The translations under genes and the position numbers were made by a program. From Fimicolochytrium jonesii (lineage: Eukaryota), in assembly GCF_025526975.1 (NCBI RefSeq), contig NW_026515668.1, positions 1,612,001 through 1,676,000 on the forward strand: a stretch of 64,000 bases of DNA, read 5' to 3'. The notes below the pieces were generated by a model. That model was given only the letters and a program-made list of their open reading frames with translations, had not been told where the DNA came from and ran no database searches. Numbering within the stretch: position 1 is the first letter of the stretch; each line of letters opens with the position of its first letter. Shown piece after piece: positions 54,409-64,000 of the stretch.

Positions 54409-56467
54409 ATGGCCAGTTCCCCCCTGTCTCTAACTCCACACGATATCAAGCGTTTGGAGGAAGACCCGGTCTTGCTTCGCTACCGCACCGGCGGTGGTCT
54501 GGCACGTCTCTTAGTGAGTGAAACAAGTTCTTTAGACAAAGGCCGAAAACTTACTTCTTTCTCATATGGACGCTGTCTCCTCTGATACAAGACCCCAGAA
54601 AAAGTTCATCAACTGCGGGTTATCGACGTAAGCAGAATTTCCGACTTGAACTCCTGGAAACGCTTTTCAATTCTCCTCACGCGTGCCTTGTACCAATTTT
54701 TTCCTCCAAAAGCTCACAGCTATCATTAAGTTCTTTCGCGATGAGAAGCATCAGCAAATCGATATGCTAGGGAAAAAAAGTCAACTTGTCGCAACCGTCA
54801 AAAGGGCATTATGGCCATGGAACAACCTCTCGCTTTCCCAGGCTCCACCTCCTCCACCTCCTCGTCCGACCCAACCGATGGGAGCCAGAGGGCGAGCCCC
54901 CATACCCGCAGAGCTGGAGAACCTATGGTAACACTCGGAATCTGCGCATTTCAAGTGAGGCATCCTTAGGGACGAGTGTTAACCCAACGGTTGATACATC
55001 TCAGGACGAAACTCCCTTCCGCACATCATTTGAACTACGAGCTCATCAACCCCTGCGCTTCGCAATGGGTGTCGTTTCCAAAGGGACCGTCAGGACGAGC
55101 GCTGAGGACTACTCTCTCGCGAGACGTCATGTCGCCGACCTCGATAGCAGAAGACGCTATACGCTTTCACTTGTATCTGTACGATCACAGCCGTTTCCAA
55201 TTCCTCACTGGACGGCATTGGAAGGAAGGGTACTCCGCATCTATCCTTGGTGCTCCAGTTACGGTGGTGAGCTGGCATTCCCGGTATTGCAACGCTCCTT
55301 GATGAGCCCTCCTGATTCGCATGCTCCTTCTAGGAAAGGTACAATCAGCTGCAACCGTTCCTGGACGTAACCCATATCAAAGATCCGATATTCACACAGC
55401 AAACGCAGACGGGCGTGGTCCACGTTACCACCACATTTCCCCACTATTTCCAGTCAGGCCTCTTGGCGGTCGTATGCTTTCGACGGCTGCCAATGGAGCA
55501 GGTAAGATCAAGTCGTCAGAAGCCCTTCATCACATTGATCTGCACTCGCTAACATCTACATTCAGACATTATGTAAAGTGTTCGCACAAACATTACGGCA
55601 TCACAACATCAAGGATCTCCCAGAACTCGCCACAACATCGCACGGACACGAGGCAGCAGGTTATTCGACATTCAAGAAGCTGGCTCTCACGTCTCTAGAA
55701 AGGGCAAAACAGCTTTTTCAGGAGCACGTAGCTAGCAAACCTGAATACGTGGGCTTCAAAGGCCCGGCGGCCCAGGACGACGATATTGAGATGGGCAACC
55801 AGGTTCTATCGTTTCAGGATCCGCTAACGCTTGCGCGTATAAATCTTCCGTGCAAGGGTCGGACGTGTAATCATGCGCAATGCTTCGATTGCGAGGTGCG
55901 CTGGTTTGGAGGTTTTTCAGCATCGGCGTTTCTCTTCCCGGCTCCTAACCTATATATACACCTGTAGGCTTTCATCTCGATGAACCAAGGCGCGATCAAG
56001 TGGAAATGCCCAATATGTTCGAAACCAGTGGAAGGAAAGGTAAGCCGTTCTCTCCACGCACAATATCGCCAACCACAGTCCATCTCACACCCGACATCTC
56101 AATCATCCAGGACCTCCTCATCGACCCCACATTCACAAACACCCTCACAAACTACCCCGACGCCGACCGCTGCATCATCCTCCCCAACGGCCTAACCGCG
56201 CCCTTTGAAACTTCACCAGCGCCCCGCACCGTTACCGCGATCATACAATCACCATCACAATCGGCGATACCCAACCCAGCCTCGACGAAACACCTTCTGG
56301 CGGAAGTCATCGATGTAGATGATGTGGAGGTAGACCTCCCACCGGCCAAACAAGCAAGGATTGGCTCTCCGAAAACGAAAAAGAATAAGAGTGCGGCGGC
56401 GGTTGCGGCACAGGTGCGGCAGCCGATATTGCCGGCTTGGAGTGGGAGCTTTATTGCTATCGATTGA
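54409..56467 (+). CDS. SP-RING (MIZ zinc finger) SUMO E3 ligase, Siz/PIAS-like; multi-exon
   Basis: LSFQDPLTLARINLPCKGRTCNHAQCFD and WKCPICSK, SIM-like EVIDVDD, possible SAP-like N-terminus. The 5' exon structure is uncertain. Confidence 0.8.
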
Positions 56468-57149
56468 TTGAGCGACCGGCTGGATTCCGTCGTTCGGCGA
56501 TAGTGCTCCGCAATTTTTTTTTGGCGAATATATCTTAACAGAACAACAGTATTGGCGTATACCCCTTATTCTCAATCCCGTGCTTGTACTGTATGTTGTG
56601 CTTCTTGTGTTTACAAGCTCTCGTCGTCTTCGTTCGCGCCTTTGAAATAGATACTCATCATTGCCTGTCCAGAAGTGTGAACTGGCAGGTCGCAAAAGTG
56701 CAAGGCTCAGTGCGCACATACGTTCGCGCAGTCGCGTCGCGAGGCAGGAAACAAGTCCGCCGGCGCTTTTTCCACAGCTCCTTTTTCTTGCCCGTTCCCT
56801 GCCATCAAAACAACAAACCATAACCAGCAATCCTGAGAATATTGGGCATCACTAAACAGGGTATGGGGAATCGCGTGAGCTACTTTATTTGACTTGACAA
56901 TCAGTAAAGTGTGGACTTTTATCATTAGAAGTGCTGGAAGCGAAATCCTTCAAACACACGTTCAATCAGTAGAAGTTTTTCCCATCCGTGTTCTGGAAGG
57001 TCTATCCGCTGTGGCTCACTCCAATAGGTATGCTTGGTACGTTGTGAAAGTTTCAGGTGGGGGAGCCTCAAACTGATTGGTGGAGCGTTGATTTTATTCT
57101 ATGCAGCACTTAGGGCTTCAAATTGGACCAATGCGCTTCCCCTGCACAT

Positions 57150-57660
57150 TCTAACTAAATTCTGAATCACCCGATCGATGCAGAGAGCTTAGGGGAACCA
57201 TCCCATATTCACGGATTTCAAATCGCGCAAAAACTGAGGGACTTTCCCTAGTTAGACGTCGCCGAAACGCGCTTTTTTAACGTTGGTAGGTCTATGCTTT
57301 GGCGGGTTCTGCGGCATGCAATACAAACACTATCTAAAATCTGAATCGACAGATCTACGCGGCGGGGGTGTAAGAACCATTCCGTATCCACAGATCTCAA
57401 ATCGCGCAAAAACTGAGGGACTTTTCATTGTCGCCCGTCTTTGCAAAAAACCGTTTTTCGTCGCCCAGGTAGACATGACCTTCTGTGGGGCCCGGTGCAG
57501 TCAATACACACGCGATCTCACATCTGACCCAACAGATCAACGCAGTGGGCTCCAGAGAACCACTCCATATTCACGGATTCCAAATCGCTCAAAAACTGAG
57601 GGACTTTTTCTTGTCGCCCGTCTTTGCAAAAAACGCTTTTTTCATCGCCGAGGTATGTCC
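57150..57660. repeat. Three diverged tandem copies of a ~180-bp unit
   Basis: The 27-mer CAAATCGCGCAAAAACTGAGGGACTTT occurs at 57219 and 57398, and with one mismatch at 57581 (periods 179 and 183). TCTGA..GATC and GAACCA sub-motifs recur at the same periods. Confidence 0.9.
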
Positions 57661-58781
57661 CTGAGACTATTTGCTGATGGATGCAAGCCGCTAACGTCTG
57701 AACGTCCTCCTAGTGCCATTTCGGTCCTCACTGACATCGAGGTTGACAGGGGGAGAGGCCGCAGCGGTCATTGCTTTACAGGTTACGGTCAACTCGACAA
57801 CCGACGACGGCGCAAGAGGCATCCAACACCGTGAGGTGTCCCGACGTGGCTTTGTACACCACGCTTGGGAGTCCTGGCGCGCAACGAGTACGCTTTCATG
57901 CTGAGGGAAATCTTCACGGTCTCACGCACTCCCTAAGTTGCATCGCAAGGAGGGGGTCAGCCCTGCGTGAAAACTGTGTGAAGACCTGATGCTGAGGCCT
58001 GGAGTATAGGTGATCTCTCTCTCTTGCTTTGTTTGTTTGTTGATCAAGCCAAGTGTGCCTTCCCGTGTGGCCCTGGAATCTGCGTTGCTCTTCCTGTGGA
58101 TGCTGCATGCACCGCGGCGGGATGGCCGCACTTGGAGCAAAGGGCCTATGCCGCAACTGCCCCAAAATCACCGGAGGTCATGAAGGTCATCATTAACCAC
58201 CGTAACACCACCGTACAGGAATGGAGCCGTACTGGGACCCCTGGGGATTTGATGATGACGATGCGCAGGTTTCCTTAGATTAGTGTTTTCTTTTGTTTTT
58301 GTTGTAATAATAAAAAAAGTAATGAGACAGTTTTGAAGAGCGGCCTCCTGCGCACATTATGTACTAGAATGGTTGGGGGTCCATGTCCATATTCACAGAA
58401 CCAGTGGGGTTCAAAGAGGGGGGATGGTAGTTAAGCAGCTGCCTGGCGACGGTGGCGATGGTCGGCGACCCGACTGCGCAAACGTATGTGCGCACTGAGG
58501 TGCAAGGAGGAAAACGGTTTTCGGACACAGGCGCGCGGTCGGGCTCGGTTTTTTCTCGCTTAAGATTCTCACTTTGCTCAAGGTTGCGGCGTCCCACACA
58601 ATCCATTGACTCCTAGACAGGGCTGTTCCCGCCGAAGCATCTCGTCAGGGTCCACCCAAATCTCCGGACTCGGCAGCCAACGCAAAACCGACAAAGGAAG
58701 ACGCGCTCATCACAAGCTCAGACGCTGGCTCAGACTGCTCAGACGCTTGCACCACATTTTCCCGGACCCGCTCTCACAACG

Positions 58782-59447
58782 ATGGTCCGCACAACCCCAA
58801 GCAAGGGAAAGGGCTCCAGTTCAGGCACCAACCTCGCCAAACGCACAGGCGGCCCTCCAGGGAAACAGACTGCCCGGAAATCCATCGGTGGACGGAGTAA
58901 GTGCCTTCCTATCCAGGGTTAGATCATCGTCTAGACGCGTCCCCTCATAATCCCCTCCTCCCCTCCTCCAACGCAGCCCCCGCAAAAACAACCAAAGCAA
59001 CCCCCCACAAACCCCACCGCTACCGCCCGGGGACCGTCGCCCTTCGCGAGATCCGCAAGTACCAAAAATCGACCGAACTCCTGCTCCGCAAGCTCCCCTT
59101 CTCGCGGCTGGTGAGGGAAGTCGCGGCGGATTTGGCGAGCTTGGAGTTTGGCGGGGACGGGCAGCCGCCGAGATGGCAGGCGCAGGCGATCATGGCGTTG
59201 CAGGAGGCGAGTGAGGCGTTTTTGGTGCATTTGTTTGAGGATACGTGAGTTTGACCTTCTTTGTGCTTTTTTGTATGGGTTTTCGAGGAAGTGATTGGGG
59301 TTACTGAGCGTCTCTCCTTTTTTTTTGGTGTGGGTTTGGCACTATGATAGGAACTTGTGTGCGATTCACGCTAAACGGGTGACCATCATGCAGCGCGATA
59401 TTCAGCTGGCTCGTCGTATCCGTGGGCCTTGGGGGGGTCTCGGGTAA
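58782..59447 (+). CDS. CSE4: Centromeric histone H3 variant (CENP-A/Cse4); 3 exons
   Basis: H3 fold [19 protein letters not shown] with CenH3 hallmarks LPFSRLVRE (Q to S), extended loop 1, RWQ (F to W), a divergent N-tail and C-terminus [10 protein letters not shown]. Introns 58897-58976 and ~59246-59350. Confidence 0.9.
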
Positions 59448-59856
59448 ACCTTCAACATTTCCGGGCTTCTGCGGATTGAGACGGAACTTATGGGAATGTT
59501 GACGCGGGAGAAGGAGGTCGGGATATCATTTTCTGGAGTGGACAGGGGGACGATTCTCAGAGTCAGGGAAATTCCTGTGGATGATAGATTGAGGGAATGG
59601 AGAAGGGGTTATTCGGGCGTGTGTTTCCGCACGAAAGGCGCAAATTTAGGGAACAGCTTGCACGTACTGCTAGAACGGAGGAGGAAGGCGGGAGACCATT
59701 GTGGTTATCGTCAAATTAAGAAGTCAATCGAAGCGAATGCAAAATCCACAAACAAACGCGGCACGTAAAGTGAAATTGTGCTTTTCAACGAATGTCTTAT
59801 CAACGAATAAGCCAGTTGCGCAACATCTGTATGTGGGGTATGATAATACAAAAACG

Positions 59857-62250
59857 TCAAGGCACAACCGCCTCAGCAACAGCGCCTTCCCCCGGCTGTC
59901 TGATAATCCCCTTCATAAAGCTGAAAAACCGGACACCATATTCAGCGGGCGGGACAGCCGAGATGCCGTGCGCGTCCTGCGAGAAGGATTTCCAAAGATG
60001 CTCGATGGATTTGACAATGTCGTACGTGGTGAAGATGTCGATGGTGCCGAGGTAGTAGAGTTTGTCAAGGGGTTGGTCGTGGTCGTCTGAGGCTTGGTAG
60101 CCGCCGTCGTCGGAGTAGAAGATGCATGTGGCGCGTCTGATTGCAAAAGTAAGAGAGGTTGCGCTCAGTAAGATTGTAACCGATCTTAACAGACAGTCCG
60201 GCCCCGACGGACTTGGTCCACTCACTCTGGTTGTTCGTTCACATCCGTCACATCCGTCACTTCCGGTGAGTCAACCAAGTCCGTCGGGGCAGGAAGCACC
60301 TGCCGACCAGCAGCAGCAGCAGCGTGTACCCCATTCGCCACCGGGGTCGTCATCGAGACCGTGGGGTCATTTCGGGGATTGCGGGACGAAGTCGTAGAAT
60401 GCACGCCCATGGATAGTCGGTGTGACGAGTGGGGTATGCTTGTTGCCGACGTGTTGCGCTCGTCTGGGGGTATTGTGACGGAGCCGGCGCCGGGGCGAGA
60501 CATCATGAGGGAGGCGACCGTCACTTGCCTTGAGAGGGAGGCGTCGGGGTTGGGTTCGTATACTGCGAGGGTTTTGTCCCGAATGTTTTCGGTATTGCCA
60601 CGTTTCATATCATGTATGCCAATCAGCAGTGAATAGTCCATAATTTTGTGTCGGGCAAGAAACTGAAGCAATAACAAAGGCATGATTCGTTAGGGACCAA
60701 CAGCAGCCCGAGACCGTTATTTTTTTTTTATTTTTTTTTTACCTTCATATCTTTCTCCAACTGCTCAATAAAAATCTTCGCCTTCGTCGGCCCCAGCTCC
60801 AGTTTCCGCTTCCGATTCAGCCAATTGATATCCTTCAGCACCGCCCTGGGGTCATCTTTCGCCAGTTCTTCCGGGAACTCGCGTCCCACTCTGGATCCTT
60901 TTAAATCATACATTTCGTGGATGTCCTTGTTAGGGGGGAATACATTGAGCATGACAACAAAGTGCAGCTTGCGGTTGCCCTTCAGTTTCACGCGGTGGAG
61001 ACCGAGAATGCGGCAGAGGGTCGTGTCGGGATTCGTGCGGCAATGTTCATAGTACCAATGTATGAAACCCATGAAAGCCTTCTTCTCTGCTCTTTTGATC
61101 GTCTTGATGATATACCGATAGTCGGAAGAGTAGTAAAAGAAACTCCCACTCTTCCCTGGACTACCCAACTCTGAGAGAACGTACTTCCCAGTCAAGGAAA
61201 GCTGGAAAACGTGTTATCAGCAAGAATCCCTGCATTCCAGCTTGAGCAGGGAAGGCATACCAGGTACTCCGCCGGATCGATGTTGAAGGCGTCACGCACG
61301 CAGCGGAACACCCATGGAGCATAATCTTTGAACTTGAAGTCGTAGCGAGATGATGGGGTCAGCTCGGTCCCAGCAATGTCAAATGTCATCTTATGGCTTG
61401 CTATGAAGTCTTCTTTAACCAGAACGCGTGATGGCTTGGCTTGACATCGTGATACCTGGGTAAATGGAGTGGATGGGTTACTAAGATGAAGAATTGTTAT
61501 CCGAAAGGCGGAAGACAATCTGCTCACCGAAACGCGGATGCCCATTAACATGTCGTACATCAAAACAAAATTCTGATGCCCCTCCTTCACCGGCGTCCCC
61601 ACCAAAACCTCCTTCTCCGACTTTTGACGCGTCAAACGCCGTACAAACTTGTGATCTCCCTTTTCTTTGTCCGTCAAGTCCGTCTCGATCCCTGAACTCT
61701 GTTTCTTATGTGACGATGTCATCCGCCTTCGCGGCGATGATGACCCAATTTCGCTCAATGGAATCAGATGTTTGGAGGTGCTCAGAGCTTCTTGACGCGG
61801 TGAACCGACAGAATGAGAGGTGCCTTTCATGGAGGGTTTCATCTGCTGCTGATTACTGACAGTCGGACCTGAAAAGCTGTTGGGTCGCTTCCGTGGGTCC
61901 GATGGCAAGCGGGAGTGATCTTGCGGCAGCCGTTGTAGCTCAGCAACAGCTGCATCTGCTTCTGACAGCTGAGAAAGCTCGACTTTCGATTGGCTCGACG
62001 GGAAAGGGTTGGTAGCGGAACGTTTTCTGCTGTGTTCCGCTTGAAGCGGGACGGCGGACGCGGATGTGGCCGGTGCCGTCTTGGCGGTATCTGCCATATT
62101 TTCCACAATATCGCCGTTGCTGCCACCCACCGCTTCATCAACATCAAGAGATATGGACCTTAGTGGCAGTGCCTTAAACGATACGCGAAGAGTCGAGCTG
62201 CCCAAGGGGTCCGCGACCTGCTGTTCATGATGAGCATGGCCTGTTCCCAT
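59857..62250 (-). CDS. MSS4: Phosphatidylinositol-4-phosphate 5-kinase; multi-exon (start inferred from first in-frame ATG)
   Basis: LMYDMLMGIR, FKFKDYAPWVF, ELGSPGKSGSFFY, IIKTI, YDLKGS, LKD, IMDYSLLIGIH, YYLGTIDI. Confidence 0.93.
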
Positions 62251-62764
62251 AGGCAACGGCTCCACCCGATTTGAGTGAGACAGTTTGGATAGTATGCGCG
62301 TGAGTAATTGGGTTGGGTCGACTATCGTTCAAGTATAGATCCTGTTCTCCGACGCGATTTAATCGCCTGTCGTTCTGCAAGCAGCCCGTCGTGTGCTGCG
62401 TCGTGTGTAGGAAAGGGGGTGCAGGTTGTCTGTCGACGAATTCGTGTTTAACGTCGAGGAGGTTATCGAATTCGAGGAAGAAATCCCAAAGTGCGCGAGG
62501 TCCGCGGTCCGTAAGGGCTCGCCGCATCTCCGACTCTTCTTCACCGCCCTCTTCGCCGTTCCCTTCGCTCCCTTCTTACTTCCCCCACCATTTTTGAAGA
62601 CCATTTCACAGACATCTTGATTCGACGCATCCATTATCGGGGTGTCCACCACAGCATTCCCGGACCAGACGGACGGCTCCGGAGGGGAGATTTCCTAGAC
62701 TTTCCCACTCACATTACAATTGTCGTCCAGCCACGTTCCGTTCCCCTCAACGAAGCCTTCCAGG

Positions 62765-64000
62765 ATGTCAACTGACTTCGACGGCGACTTTGACGATGAA
62801 GCAAATACCCCCGACTTGGATTTTGAGTTCGAACGAGACTTGGACTTTGACGACCTGCTAGAAGATGACATCAATGAGCTCCTGCCGCCGGGAGATCGTG
62901 TACATACGTCAGGGCGTCAAAAGCCTTCAATGAGTTTCGACTTGGGGCCGCACAACCAGTTTCTTATTCCACTCTCCTCCACCATCTCAAAGTCGGAAAC
63001 CGATTTACCAAAGCATATCTCCTTCTGGTCCAGCCTGTCGCTTATCGTCGGGATGAGCATTGGCAGCGGAATTTTCGCGTCACCGGGAGTGGTGTTTGAA
63101 CACAGTGGGTCTGTGGGTTCTGCCCTTCTGGTGTGGGTGGTGGGAGGCGTGCTAGCCATCGCGGGAGGCCTGTGCTACGCTGAGCTCGGAACAAGTATGC
63201 CGTCCAGTGGCGCTGAACATCCTTACTTGCTGCGTGCGTTTGGGTCGCTGCCTGCGTTCTTGTTCGGATTTTCCGGGGTAACGGTGACACGGCCAGGATC
63301 AGTCGCCATCATCACCATCATCTGCGCTGAATATATCGTGCGCTTGCTCATGTACGCCAATCCGACAGAAGCCCCACCGGCATACCTGATCAAGCTGATT
63401 GCACTTGTATCCTTGATTGCACTGACGCTGTTAAACTGCATTTCAACGAAACTCGGAACACTGGTTCAGGATGTATTTACCGTACTCAAAGTGGCTTCGC
63501 TGGCCATCATTGGGGCGATTGGCATCGTAAAGCTCCTGCAATCCGGAGCCTTTACCAGCACAATAGCAGAAGGGCGGGAGGCTAAGCCGATATTTGAAGG
63601 AAGCTCGTCAAATCCAGGAGATTATGCGCTGGCATTGTATTCTGCGTTATGGGCCTATGACGGATGGTTCGTCTTATCACTTTGAGATGAAATACGCTTC
63701 ACAGGTCAATGACGACCAACCATCTCAGATAACGTCTCGATGGTTGTACAGGAACAATCTGAACCTAGTTACAGGGGAACTGCAGGTAATAAAGGCCGGC
63801 TGAAACCAGGCGGTCTTTGGTAACGTACGTCGTACTTATCGCCCCGTTCGCTAGAACCCATCTCGGGACCTTCCCAGGGCTGTCATACTGGGACCGTCGA
63901 TTGTGATCGTAGCGTACGTGCTCGCCAACATGGCTTACTTCACGGTCTTGCCGGCCACGGTGAGACTCCATTTCCGAGCCGTTTTCACACACTCTAGCCA
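62765..64000 (+). CDS. APC-superfamily L-type amino acid transporter (LAT/Mup1-like), truncated at the window end
   Basis: IGSGIFASP, GSVGSALLVW, CYAELG, GAEHPYL, WAYDGW/NNLN..GEL, NMAYFTVL. Confidence 0.9.

Noticed and set aside
57283..57834. 183-aa ORF with an internal peptide repeat; also considered the repeats as a CRISPR array
   Set aside because: The peptide repeat follows from a 183-bp DNA period and copy 1 is out of frame. The spacers are long and homologous to each other, the context is eukaryotic, and there are no cas genes.
58335..58368. Possible Helitron 3' end (CTAG after a GC-rich stretch)
   Set aside because: The hairpin is weak and CTAG is followed by A rather than T.

Overview
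Gene-dense, intron-rich eukaryotic DNA with short GT-AG introns, most likely from a zoosporic (chytrid-type) fungus. This is inferred from fungal-type Pma1, Cdc25 and CenH3 genes occurring together with the axonemal gene CFAP52 and a WDR27-like gene. I can support about 20 spliced protein genes: Cdc25 RasGEF, a DUF1769 protein, Pma1, a GPI-anchored protein, Vps15, Upf1, class III ADH, a GNAT, Las1, a Rib2-type deaminase, WDR27-like, CFAP52, a BTB protein, Ssf1/Ppan, an SPX-phosphoserine phosphatase, an SP-RING SUMO ligase, CenH3, Mss4 and a LAT-family permease truncated by the window end. There are also two tRNA genes (Glu-CTC, Gly-GCC). The most notable item is an SPX (inositol-pyrophosphate/phosphate sensor) domain fused to an ACT-type SerB phosphoserine phosphatase. 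Also notable are a ~230-bp TIR-bounded element carrying TTAGGG repeats, three ~180-bp tandem repeats about 1.1 kb upstream of CenH3, a CenH3 tail retaining a canonical H3 K4/K9/S10 motif, and a decayed HNH nuclease gene. Exon boundaries were read by eye and family calls come from motif recognition, not database searches.
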